A DNA stretch of 64,000 bases from Bdellovibrio sp. (lineage in GTDB: Bacteria > Bdellovibrionota > Bdellovibrionia > Bdellovibrionales > Bdellovibrionaceae). Under the pieces are notes generated by a model. That model was not told where the DNA came from. It searched no databases and saw only the letters and a list, made by a program, of their open reading frames with translations. Positions within the stretch are counted from its first letter, which is position 1. The number at the start of each line of letters is the position of its first letter. Of this stretch, positions 50,113-58,903 are shown piece after piece. The position numbers were made by a program, and so were the translations under genes. The stretch spans positions 128,001-192,000 of the forward strand of contig JAKFBS010000004.1 in the NCBI GenBank assembly GCA_036677065.1, read 5' to 3'.

Positions 50113-50874
50113 CTAAAAATACAGCTGTAGAGTCACTTTTGAGCCTTCGCGGTTGATATTACTTTCTACACCGTTTTTAATCGAGTTCTGCTGCTCTTTA
50201 AAGTATGAGCCCATCACCCGCAGTGACGCAAAGTCTATAAACAGTCCTGTAGTTTGAGTGTTGGCTTTGGTGTCGCCATAAAAGTCTTCAGATATCTGAA
50301 AATACTGACGGTAATTCCCGTAAATGCCAAAATATTTGAACAAATAAAGTTGCAGCGTCCCTGCTGCAAATTGCTGATTCATGCGGTAAGCGCCAACGCT
50401 ATCCGTGCGCGTGCGCAAGCCGTAATGTACAGTCAGATGCGTTCCTTGCAGTGTGTGTCCGAATAAACGTAAATTTAACATTCCAGCTGTATCCTTGAAA
50501 TGTTCTTCAGTGTTGTTCTGGTATTCTCCGGTTAAGCCCACTAGTGTTGCGTATGCGGAAAGCTCTCCTTCAAAAGCTCTGAACTTCTGTACCGGATTTA
50601 CGCGATCATCCAATGAATACTGATTCATGTTAATCCCCAACATGAATTCGTACGGGGATGGAGTATTCAGAGAAAGCCACATATCCATAACCTGATTGCG
50701 GTTTTTCTGCTCCAACCAATCGTATAAATTAAATCGTTTAGCTTCTCGGGCTGCAGAGCCGCGCGATAGTAACCACGGTCTGCTTGATCCGCCACTTGAT
50801 TCTTGCGCACCTGCGATTTCAGTAAAAAAATGAACCAAAGTGAGAAGCGATATTATCCAAACTAGCTGTTTCAT
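50113..50874 (-). CDS. Hypothetical exported protein, probable beta-barrel
   Basis: Signal peptide and C-terminal VTLQLYF. Confidence 0.65.
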   Translation of the reverse strand: MKQLVWIISLLTLVHFFTEIAGAQESSGGSSRPWLLSRGSAAREAKRFNLYDWLEQKNRNQVMDMWLSLNTPSPYEFMLGINMNQYSLDDRVNPVQKFRAFEGELSAYATLVGLTGEYQNNTEEHFKDTAGMLNLRLFGHTLQGTHLTVHYGLRTRTDSVGAYRMNQQFAAGTLQLYLFKYFGIYGNYRQYFQISEDFYGDTKANTQTTGLFIDFASLRVMGSYFKEQQNSIKNGVESNINREGSKVTLQLYF

Positions 50875-51083
50875 ACTTCTATTTTAGCACTTTCAAGGTT
50901 CGAAAACGAAAAATGCGCAGAGTGTTTCAGGCTGAGACGCTACTTGCGTGGCTTTTTAAGAACAGAATGTCTTAGGTCAGGAATATCAAATTAATTGAAT
51001 AACTATTAGTGTCATCTTGTTTAAATGTTGCTGCACCTTAAAAAGCGCGCAAGAATTTTCGCTATTACAACGAGGGGAAATAC

Positions 51084-51770
51084 ATGAACACAGTAAAACA
51101 ATTGATAGCTATCTTATTCGTGAGCGTTGCTGCCACATCGGCTTTTGCGGCTTTAAAATTTGATTCAGACGTACCTAAAAGCATTCAAACACAAATGGTT
51201 GAAGACCTTGCGTTCATGAACCAAGTCACTGGATCTGCACAAACTCCATTTCACAAAGAAATTTTCACAAGCCTTGATGGCAAAGCTTACCAAACATTTT
51301 TTGAATCACGCATTTTTTCTGTAGGCGTAGATGCTTGCGGTGGCGGAGCAGCTGTTGCTTGCGTGCAACCTTTCTTTGATCCGAACAAAATGTGGTTAAC
51401 TGAAAACTTCATTAACTTTTCTCATCCGCAAGTGGCGCGCGTAATGGTTGTGTACCATGAAGCCCGTCACTCTGAGACTAAAAATGGTAACTGGATGCAT
51501 GCAAACTGCCCAAGACCATTTCTAGATGTTAACGGTAAAGATATGGTTTCTATCTGGACAGGTGCAAAGCTAGAAGGCCAACCGGCTTGCGATGCTAAAT
51601 ACCAAGGATCATACGGATCTTCTACAATCATGTTAAAAAACATCAGCAAGTATTGCTCTAACTGTAACGACAAAGTTAAAATGGATGCTGATATCTATGC
51701 GATGGATCAGTTAAACCGTATTTCTAAACCGGCTGTTAAGCAGTCAATGTTAGCTGACTTTGCAAACTAA
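51084..51770 (+). CDS. Secreted protein with HExxH motif, putative metallopeptidase
   Basis: Signal peptide AFA; VYHEARH; paired Cys residues; SD GAGGGG. Confidence 0.7.
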   Translation: MNTVKQLIAILFVSVAATSAFAALKFDSDVPKSIQTQMVEDLAFMNQVTGSAQTPFHKEIFTSLDGKAYQTFFESRIFSVGVDACGGGAAVACVQPFFDPNKMWLTENFINFSHPQVARVMVVYHEARHSETKNGNWMHANCPRPFLDVNGKDMVSIWTGAKLEGQPACDAKYQGSYGSSTIMLKNISKYCSNCNDKVKMDADIYAMDQLNRISKPAVKQSMLADFAN

Positions 51771-52488
51771 GAAAGTTTTCGTAAGATTAACTATGGGAGC
51801 TCTGCTTGTTGCAGGGCTCTTTTTCGTTGTGCGCTACTTTGATTCTGAAGCTTCGAATGAGCAGCGCGCTTTGAAGCCAAGCCAAGTGGATTTCACGAAG
51901 AGCAATCAGGTTCAAGAAACTTCAGTTTCACCTATTGCCGGTTCAAATTTTGAAGGTGACGATATCATCGAAGCACCAGGCGCCTTAAATCAGCGTGAGC
52001 AAAAGCTATGGATAGCGGTTGAATCTATTTTAAGAACTAAGAATGACAGTGATCCAAGAGTAAATGATCTTAAAGAATTAAGTGCTGATTTTCATAAAGC
52101 GCTTTTTGAAAAATATAATAAATTAAAAATGGAAGACCGTAATGGACGGGGATTCATTGTATTTTTAGTGGCGAAGAATTTAAAATCATCTGAAGATTTA
52201 GATTTTCTGCAAAAGGTTTATCAAGAAGCTCCATGTTTAAGTTTAGAAAATTGTGCTGTGAGTGGAAATGATGATTCACACTCTGCCGGAGTTAATCAGA
52301 CTACTACGATTTACCCGCAACTTGTGGGCTTGTATCAGATCGAAAAACAGTTAGCTGCAAATCCTGAATTACTAAATGACCCCACAATGCGCGCAGGAAT
52401 TTTAGCAACATTGAAACAGGCAGAAGCGTTTCCAGTTCCTGCCATTCATAATTTTGCCGAAAAAATTCGTCAGAAGTTTAAACTTTAA
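51760..52488 (+). CDS. Membrane-anchored hypothetical protein
   Basis: N-terminal TM and helical body; overlaps the upstream gene. Confidence 0.65.
   Translation: MQTKKVFVRLTMGALLVAGLFFVVRYFDSEASNEQRALKPSQVDFTKSNQVQETSVSPIAGSNFEGDDIIEAPGALNQREQKLWIAVESILRTKNDSDPRVNDLKELSADFHKALFEKYNKLKMEDRNGRGFIVFLVAKNLKSSEDLDFLQKVYQEAPCLSLENCAVSGNDDSHSAGVNQTTTIYPQLVGLYQIEKQLAANPELLNDPTMRAGILATLKQAEAFPVPAIHNFAEKIRQKFKL
51797..51824 (+). terminator. Intrinsic terminator-like hairpin inside the 5' end of the downstream ORF
   Basis: GAGCTCTGC-ttgtt-GCAGGGCTC-TTTTT. Confidence 0.6.
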
Positions 52489-52489
52489 T

Positions 52490-53416
52490 TTAGTATTGCC
52501 AAGGAAATTTATTAAAGTCGCGATCACGCTTTTGTAAAAAAGCATCGCGGCCTTCGCGAGCTTCTTCAGTGCCGTAAGCTAAACGAGTCGCTTCACCGGC
52601 AAACAATTGCTGACCCACAAGACCATCATCAGGCAAATTAAAACCGTATTTCAACATACGCATCGCTGTCGGAGATTTCGTGTTCATCTCGGCAGCCCAT
52701 TCAAGTGCTACTTTTTCTAAATCTGCGTGCGGGACAACTTCGTTCACCATTCCCATATCGAATGCAGCTTGCGCGTTGTAATTGCGGCCTAAGAAGAAAA
52801 TTTCGCGAGCTTTTTTCTGACCCACTTGACGAGCCAGGTAAGCAGAACCGTAACCAGAATCAAAACTTGCTACATCAGCGTCAGTTTGTTTGAAGATCGC
52901 ATGTTCTTTAGAAGCCATCGTTAAATCACAAACTACGTGTAATGAGTGTCCGCCGCCAACTGCCCAGCCAGGAACTACGGCCATGACGACCTTTGGCATA
53001 AAACGAATCATGCGTTGAACTTCTAAAATATGTAAACGGCCAAGCTTAGCAAGGTCTACTTTATTCATTTCGCCAGTGCCGTTACTATCGTCACCTTCGA
53101 ATTTGTAGCCATCTTTACCGCGAATGCGTTGATCGCCACCAGAGCAGAATGCCCAGCCACCATCTTTTGCTGAAGGACCATTTCCTGTAATTAAAACTAC
53201 TCCCACGTCTGCAGAAATGCGTGCGTGTTCTAATGCGGTTAAAAGTTCATCAACCGTTTTTGGACGAAAGGCATTTCGCACTTCGGGTCTATTAAAGGCA
53301 ACACGAACTGTGCCTTGATTTTTTGCTTTATGGTAAGTGATGTCAGTGAAATCAAATCCAGCAACTTCGGTCCATTGAGTAGGGTCAAAAATATCAGAAA
53401 CTTTTTTAGTGCTCAT
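52490..53416 (-). CDS. menB: 1,4-dihydroxy-2-naphthoyl-CoA synthase
   Basis: NRPEVRNAFRP, AFCSGGDQRIRG, GGGHSLHVVCDL and SFDSGYGS. Confidence 0.95.
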   Translation of the reverse strand: MSTKKVSDIFDPTQWTEVAGFDFTDITYHKAKNQGTVRVAFNRPEVRNAFRPKTVDELLTALEHARISADVGVVLITGNGPSAKDGGWAFCSGGDQRIRGKDGYKFEGDDSNGTGEMNKVDLAKLGRLHILEVQRMIRFMPKVVMAVVPGWAVGGGHSLHVVCDLTMASKEHAIFKQTDADVASFDSGYGSAYLARQVGQKKAREIFFLGRNYNAQAAFDMGMVNEVVPHADLEKVALEWAAEMNTKSPTAMRMLKYGFNLPDDGLVGQQLFAGEATRLAYGTEEAREGRDAFLQKRDRDFNKFPWQY

Positions 53417-53456
53417 AGCAGATTTTGTAGCATTGACCGAGGCCAGTGTCTAATAG

Positions 53457-54545
53457 ATGATAGCCCTATTCGAGGTAAAAAATATGGTTCATGATTTAAA
53501 TCCATTTATATTTCGCATCACTGAAACCTTTGGCCCGCGCTGGTATGGTTTTTCTTACCTACTAGGTTTCTTATGTGCTTATTTGATTATCAGATGGCTT
53601 GTTGAAAGACAAAATACCGACTTTACAGCTGAAATGGTTTCTGACTTTGTAACGTATGCCGCTTTCGGAACTCTAATCGGTGGCCGTTTGGGTTACTGTT
53701 TATTCTACGATCAGTCATTACTTTGGAGCTTTAGACCTTCAATTCCTTTTTGGGGAGTGTTGGCAGTTAACGAAGGCGGGATGGCTTCTCACGGTGGTAT
53801 CATCGGGATTATCGTAGCGTGTTTTTTATTTGCCAGAAAACACAATTTAAATCCAGTGTACTTGTTAGATGTGGTTTCAATCGTTGGACCGATCGGCGTT
53901 TTATTTGGCCGTATCGCTAATTTTATTAACGGTGAATTAGTGGGCCGCGTGGCGCCACCAGAATTTCCGTTAGGCGTGCGCTTTCCATCGGATATTTTAA
54001 ATTGGCCACAGTATGAGTATGACCGACTTCCTACATTAACTCCGGTCGTTGAAAAATTGGGAATCAATCCAACTCGCTGGTTAGAAATCGTCAAAGATTC
54101 ACAAGCTTCAAGTACAGCAAAAGATGAATTGTATAACACGCTTTACACAATCATTAATAAAATTCAAAATGGTGATCATGCCTTACGTGATGTGATCGGT
54201 CCGATTTTAGATTACCGTTACCCATCACAATTATTTGCAGCAGCCAGCGAAGGTCTATTTACATTTCTAGTTTTATTTTTCTTAGCTCGTAAATCACGCC
54301 GACCGGGTGTGATTGCCGGAAGTTTTATCGTTTGTTACGCCATCGTGCGTATCGTAAATGAAATGTTTCGTGAGCCAGACATCCAACTTGGCTATCAAGC
54401 TCTTGGACTTACGCGCGGCCAATGGTTAAGCGTGGGCATGTTTGCCTTTGGTGTATTTATGTTATTTTACTGGAGCCGCACGCAAACTCAGGTGATTCAC
54501 GGTTGGATGCGCGGTGAAAACGTAAAACTTGGTTCAAGAAAGTAA
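53457..54545 (+). CDS. lgt: Prolipoprotein diacylglyceryl transferase
   Basis: RWYG, GGRLGY.LFY, GGMASHGG, GRIANFINGELVGR and FREPD. Start is possibly 53484. Confidence 0.95.
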   Translation: MIALFEVKNMVHDLNPFIFRITETFGPRWYGFSYLLGFLCAYLIIRWLVERQNTDFTAEMVSDFVTYAAFGTLIGGRLGYCLFYDQSLLWSFRPSIPFWGVLAVNEGGMASHGGIIGIIVACFLFARKHNLNPVYLLDVVSIVGPIGVLFGRIANFINGELVGRVAPPEFPLGVRFPSDILNWPQYEYDRLPTLTPVVEKLGINPTRWLEIVKDSQASSTAKDELYNTLYTIINKIQNGDHALRDVIGPILDYRYPSQLFAAASEGLFTFLVLFFLARKSRRPGVIAGSFIVCYAIVRIVNEMFREPDIQLGYQALGLTRGQWLSVGMFAFGVFMLFYWSRTQTQVIHGWMRGENVKLGSRK

Positions 54546-54555
54546 GGGATAAAAT

Positions 54556-56145
54556 ATGAAATTGATTGGGCTGTTACTATTTCCTTTATCGGTGTGGGCG
54601 GCTCAAGCGCCATTACAAATCGGGATTATCCAAGAGTGGGATAATATTCATCCGGTTAGTTATCAAACGGCAGCGACTGAATCGATTTTGCAATTCATGT
54701 TTCGCGATGTGGTTTACCGCGATGCCAGTGGTAAGATTTTACCAAACTTGGCAGTAAGTATTCCTAAACTTAAAAATAAACAAGCGACGTGGATTTTTAA
54801 TGACCAAGCTAAATGGTCTGATGGCCAAGCTATCACTTGTGCTGATTGGCACTTGGGTTGGCAAGTAGGTCTTAGTGATAATGTTTCGAAAACTGAAAAA
54901 AACATTTATTCTAAAATCGCTAATATCACTTGGGATGCTAAAACTCCGAAAAAATGTGTTGTGACTTACGCGACAGATGAATGGACATTTGATCGTGATC
55001 TGCCGCCAGTGCTACCAAGTCATTTAGAAAAAACGATTTTTGAAACACAAAATACAAAAGTTGGATCTTACGAACAAAGTTCTAATTACATTAAAAATCC
55101 TACTTTGAAAGGTTTGTACTCAGGGCCTTACCAAGTTGTTGAGTACAAAATCGGAAGCCATATTATTTTTGAAGAAAATCCTTTCTTTTTTGGTAAAAAG
55201 CCAACGATCAAAAAAATTATTCTTAAACACGTATCAAGCACGAGCACTTTAAAAAGTTATTTATTGTCTAAAGAGATCAACGGCATTTCAGCAGTGGGAT
55301 TTCCGCCTGATTTAGCTTTAGATTTTGCTGCAGATAAGTCTTTAAAAGATTTTAACGTGCATTTTAACAACGGGCCGATTTTTCAAGGTTTGTTTTTAAA
55401 TAACGAAGACGAACTTTTAAAAAATCTTTATATTCGAGAAGCTCTTGCTTACGCGATTAATAAAAAAGAATTAACGAAAGCATTCTTAGGCGGAAAATTA
55501 AATCCGGCAGAAACAATCATTTCTGAAAATGATTTAGCCTTTAAACAAAAGCCCACAAGTTACGATCCGAAAAAAGCGGATGCTATTCTAGAAAAAAACG
55601 GCTGGGTGAAAGACGCTTCTGGAATTCGCAAAAAAGACGGTAAGCCTTTAGAAATCGAATTTAAAACTTCTGCAGGAATTAAACTTTACGAAACGTTACA
55701 AGTTTCAATCTGCGACCACTTCAAACGTGTTGGTATTCTTTGTAAAATCAAAAACGAGCCACCGCGTATTTTATTGGGTGATTCAGTGCCTAAAGGAAAT
55801 TTTCAAATCGCTTTATTTGGTAATACGACTTACCCAGATACTTCATTAAAGGGTTTATACCATTCGCAAGATATTCCATCAGATAAAAACGCTTGGGCGG
55901 GTGGTAATATCTTACGATTTAAATCAAAAGACATGGATGCTTTGTTAGAAAAATACGACAAAGAATGGTCGCAAGCCAAGCGTGCAACAATGTTAATTAA
56001 GATCGACGAGATGTTAATTTCACAAAAAGCTGTGATCCCGATTTATCACCGCCGTGAAGCTTTAGTTTTACCTAAAGCCTTATCTGGTGTTGAACAAAGT
56101 GCAACAGGCACTGGAATGGCTAAGCCAGAAAACTGGAAGTTATAA
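54556..56145 (+). CDS. Peptide/nickel ABC transporter substrate-binding protein, family 5
   Basis: PNLA, AKWSDG..IT..D, GPY and YDPKKA..IL...GW....G.R.KDG. No permease genes adjacent. Confidence 0.9.
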   Translation: MKLIGLLLFPLSVWAAQAPLQIGIIQEWDNIHPVSYQTAATESILQFMFRDVVYRDASGKILPNLAVSIPKLKNKQATWIFNDQAKWSDGQAITCADWHLGWQVGLSDNVSKTEKNIYSKIANITWDAKTPKKCVVTYATDEWTFDRDLPPVLPSHLEKTIFETQNTKVGSYEQSSNYIKNPTLKGLYSGPYQVVEYKIGSHIIFEENPFFFGKKPTIKKIILKHVSSTSTLKSYLLSKEINGISAVGFPPDLALDFAADKSLKDFNVHFNNGPIFQGLFLNNEDELLKNLYIREALAYAINKKELTKAFLGGKLNPAETIISENDLAFKQKPTSYDPKKADAILEKNGWVKDASGIRKKDGKPLEIEFKTSAGIKLYETLQVSICDHFKRVGILCKIKNEPPRILLGDSVPKGNFQIALFGNTTYPDTSLKGLYHSQDIPSDKNAWAGGNILRFKSKDMDALLEKYDKEWSQAKRATMLIKIDEMLISQKAVIPIYHRREALVLPKALSGVEQSATGTGMAKPENWKL

Positions 56146-56173
56146 AAAGAGCGGTAGCGCTAGCAGCTCTTTT
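56144..56173. terminator. Bidirectional intrinsic terminator for the ABC SBP gene (+) and the putative toxin mRNA (-)
   Basis: AAAAGAGC (56145-52) pairs with GCTCTTTT (56166-73), giving U-runs on both strands. Confidence 0.7.
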
Positions 56174-56296
56174 CCTTGTTCTGCTTTCATCGCACAGGAT
56201 TTAGAGTCCCTCGGTCCATAGAGGTGCCACCGTCGTTGGACGATGGTCTTGATTACAAATCAAGATCTAGGAACGAACGTGCAGATGGCTAGATCT

Positions 56297-56407
56297 CTAA
56301 ATACTTCGAATTACAATAATGATCGCTAGGATCATTAAAAATAATCTTAGAATTTCTTTAGAAATACTAAGTAGGCGCCGATACTTAAAGTAGGATGCTT
56401 TTCGCAT
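56297..56407 (-). CDS. 36-aa cationic/hydrophobic peptide, putative type I toxin
   Basis: MRKASYFKYRRLLSISKEILRLFLMILAIIIVIRSI*; SD AAAGGAGGT (56412-56420) 4 nt before the ATG. Confidence 0.72.
   Translation of the reverse strand: MRKASYFKYRRLLSISKEILRLFLMILAIIIVIRSI
56357..56383 (+). promoter_or_regulatory. Sigma28/FliA-like promoter for an antisense RNA, inside the peptide ORF
   Basis: TTTAG (56357-61), N16, CCGATA (56378-83); same spacing and -10 box as the fliL promoter. Confidence 0.5.
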
Positions 56408-56500
56408 GGCGACCTCCTTTCCGGATCTTAGAAGTCCGAAAGCTGGATGTCGGCATCACTGATAGAGCTGCTAGGCTACCGCCTTTGCAGCTTTTCATTT
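56390..56500 (+). ncRNA. Putative cis-antisense antitoxin RNA, ~110 nt with approximate ends
   Basis: Bounded by the FliA-like promoter and a + strand terminator; complementary to the first codons, SD and 5' UTR of the peptide mRNA. Confidence 0.5.
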
Positions 56501-56503
56501 TTT
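56466..56503 (+). terminator. Intrinsic terminator for the putative antisense RNA
   Basis: AGCTGC-t-AGGC-tacc-GCCT-tt-GCAGCT followed by TTTCATTTTTT. Confidence 0.65.
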
Positions 56504-56512
56504 ACGCCAATA

Positions 56513-56541
56513 AATTTATTAGATTTTTAAACACTCTTCAA
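56513..56541 (-). promoter_or_regulatory. Sigma70-like promoter for the peptide mRNA, overlapping the 3' end of hisS
   Basis: Minus strand TTGAAG (56541-36), N17, TAAATT (56518-13). Confidence 0.5.
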
Positions 56542-57760
56542 AACTAGCGGGTTTTTCTTCGCCTGTTTTGAAGTCTTTGATTTTGTACTCGATAGTTCCA
56601 TCTTCTTGTTCAAACAATAAAACCGCTTTTTCAGTATTAAGCTTATTAGCACGCTCTAATTTCTTTTTGAAATTACCAGTCATAAATACTTCGCAGTATT
56701 TGTTTCTAGCGCGCAGTGAGCTTGCGATTTTTAATCCCGACATTAAAGCCTTATCACCTAAAGTGATAATCGCAACCGGAGTTAGTGCTGGGGTTTGCAG
56801 AGACTGCATTAATTCGCAAAGATCAGCTAGGCGATCAACGCCTGAAGCCCAACCAACACCCGGAGTTTTTTGACCACCCAGTGTTTCTGCTAAACCATCG
56901 TATCTGCCGCCGGCAAGAACCGCACCTTGTGCACCAAGTTCAGTAGTTACAAATTCAAAAACGGTGTGGCAGTAGTAATCAAGTCCACGCACTAATTTTG
57001 GATTGATTTGAAATGGAATTTTTAATTCAGCTAAACCATCTGTAACAGTTTGAAAAAACTTTTTTGAAGTCTCACTTAAAAAAGCATCCATCTTCGGAGC
57101 ACCTGCGACAAGTTTTTTATCGCCTTCATCTTTAGAATCAAGAATGCGCATCGGATTTTTTTCTAAACGCACTTTTGAATCTTCAGAGAGTTGATCTTTT
57201 AATGGTGTTAAGTACTGCACCAAAGCTTCGCGATAAGCTTTACGGTCTTCTTGATCGCCTAGAGTGTTAATCTCTAAGACAACTTTTCCGCCGATACCGA
57301 TATCATTTAAAATTCTCCAGGCTAGATCTAACACTTCGACATCAGCTTGTGGGTTTTCTAAACCTAGCACTTCAACGCCGAATTGGTAAAACTGACGGTA
57401 CCGACCTTTTTGCGGACGTTCGTATCTAAACATCGGGCCGTAGTAGTAAAGTTTGTTTGGATTGTGTTGGGCTAAGCCTTCAGACACATAAGCGCGAACG
57501 ACTCCGGCAGTGCCTTCGGGGCGTAAAGTGATCGATTCGCCGCCGCGGTCGGTGAAAGTGTAGGTTTCTTTGCTGACTGCATCTGAAGTTTCGCCTAAAG
57601 AGCGGTGAAAAACGTCAGAAAATTCAAAAATGGGAGTTTCAATCTCTTTAAAGCCATAATTTTGAGCAGCGCCGTAAGCTTTTGCTTCAATAGCTCTGAA
57701 GGTCTTTTTTAAAGCGGGTAATAAATCTCTCGTGCCGCGCACGCTTTGGTATTTACTCAT
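56519..57760 (-). CDS. hisS: Histidine--tRNA ligase
   Basis: [34 protein letters not shown] and GGRYDGL. Start moved to ATG 57760. Confidence 0.97.
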   Translation of the reverse strand: MSKYQSVRGTRDLLPALKKTFRAIEAKAYGAAQNYGFKEIETPIFEFSDVFHRSLGETSDAVSKETYTFTDRGGESITLRPEGTAGVVRAYVSEGLAQHNPNKLYYYGPMFRYERPQKGRYRQFYQFGVEVLGLENPQADVEVLDLAWRILNDIGIGGKVVLEINTLGDQEDRKAYREALVQYLTPLKDQLSEDSKVRLEKNPMRILDSKDEGDKKLVAGAPKMDAFLSETSKKFFQTVTDGLAELKIPFQINPKLVRGLDYYCHTVFEFVTTELGAQGAVLAGGRYDGLAETLGGQKTPGVGWASGVDRLADLCELMQSLQTPALTPVAIITLGDKALMSGLKIASSLRARNKYCEVFMTGNFKKKLERANKLNTEKAVLLFEQEDGTIEYKIKDFKTGEEKPASFEECLKI

Positions 57761-57790
57761 AGATGTGATGAGCATATCTTAGTTGGCATT

Positions 57791-58234
57791 ATGATGAAAT
57801 GGATTTTAGCAGGAATTTTTGCATTTTCTTTAGCTGTCGGTGGCGCGTTGTACTTTATGGATCGCGGGGCCGGTGGTTCTGCCACTGAAGTTGACTGGCG
57901 TGCGCTTGATCAAATGGATTATGTGAACAAAAAAGCTCCCCCTGAACTTGAGAAGTTAAATAAAACCCGCGTAAAAATCCCAGGCTTTATGGTTCCGTTA
58001 GAAGATAACCAGCGAGCGGTGACTGAATTCTTATTAGTGCCAAGCCCGCAAGCGTGCATTCATGTGCCAGCGCCTCCACCAAATCAGATGGTGTATGTGA
58101 AAATGAAAAAAGGTGTACCAGCTGCCGATGGCCCGATCTGGGTTTACGGAGACTTTGAAATTACTTTAAAACAATCGCAATACGGTGAAGCGTCTTTTGA
58201 GCTTACCGGCGATTTCATCGAACAATACAAGTAG
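57791..58234 (+). CDS. DUF3299 family protein
   Basis: VKIPGFMVPLE...TEFLLVP...ACIHVPAPPPNQMVYV. Start moved to ATG 57791. Confidence 0.85.
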   Translation: MMKWILAGIFAFSLAVGGALYFMDRGAGGSATEVDWRALDQMDYVNKKAPPELEKLNKTRVKIPGFMVPLEDNQRAVTEFLLVPSPQACIHVPAPPPNQMVYVKMKKGVPAADGPIWVYGDFEITLKQSQYGEASFELTGDFIEQYK

Positions 58235-58242
58235 GTCGTAAT

Positions 58243-58902
58243 ATGTCAGCAGTTATCGAAATTAAAGATCTGTCGTTTACCTATGGCGAAAAACCGATTC
58301 TACAGGTACCGCATTTAACTATCGCTAAGAATGAAACAGTTTTTCTGTTTGGTCCGAGCGGCAGCGGAAAAACTACGCTTTTAGAAATTCTAGCGGGTGT
58401 GATCACTGGTCAAAAGGGTGAAGTTGAAATGCTGGGGCAAAAAACTCAAACGATGAGTAGTCATGAGCGTGACCAGTTTCGTTCAAACCACATTGGTTAT
58501 ATCTTTCAGCAATTTAATTTGATTCCTTACTTAACAGTAAAAGAAAATATTTTATTGCCGTTTACCTTCAGTGGTAAAAAATTAAATTCATCATTGTACG
58601 ATAAACTTGTATCTGCCTTAGGTTTAACTGAATATGCCGATCAATTAGCTAGCCAGTTATCAGTCGGTCAGCAGCAGCGTGTAGCTGCAGCCCGTGCGCT
58701 AATTATCGAACCAGAAATTATTTTAGCCGATGAGCCAACATCAGCTTTAGATTACGATCATCGCGAGAATTTTTTAAAAATCTTATTTTCTTTAGTTAAA
58801 GAACAAGGTTCGACTTTGATTTTTGTAAGTCATGATCGCTCGATTCAAAATCTTTTTGATCGTCAGTTAAGTTTATCTGACGTGAATGCAGTGAGATTCT
58901 AG
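58243..58902 (+). CDS. ABC transporter ATP-binding protein, LolD/MacB-type
   Basis: GPSGSGKTT, GYIFQQFNL, LSVGQQQRV and LADEPT. Confidence 0.93.
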   Translation: MSAVIEIKDLSFTYGEKPILQVPHLTIAKNETVFLFGPSGSGKTTLLEILAGVITGQKGEVEMLGQKTQTMSSHERDQFRSNHIGYIFQQFNLIPYLTVKENILLPFTFSGKKLNSSLYDKLVSALGLTEYADQLASQLSVGQQQRVAAARALIIEPEIILADEPTSALDYDHRENFLKILFSLVKEQGSTLIFVSHDRSIQNLFDRQLSLSDVNAVRF

Positions 58903-58903
58903 T

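Noticed and set aside
56146..56518. Alternative readings as a MITE/IS remnant, 6S RNA, tmRNA, RNase P RNA or c-di-GMP riboswitch RNA
   Set aside because: I saw no target duplication, transposase trace, tRNA-like ends, RNase P core or GEMM motif. The SD, ORF, anti-SD and antisense signals fit a toxin mRNA better. An Rfam search is still needed.
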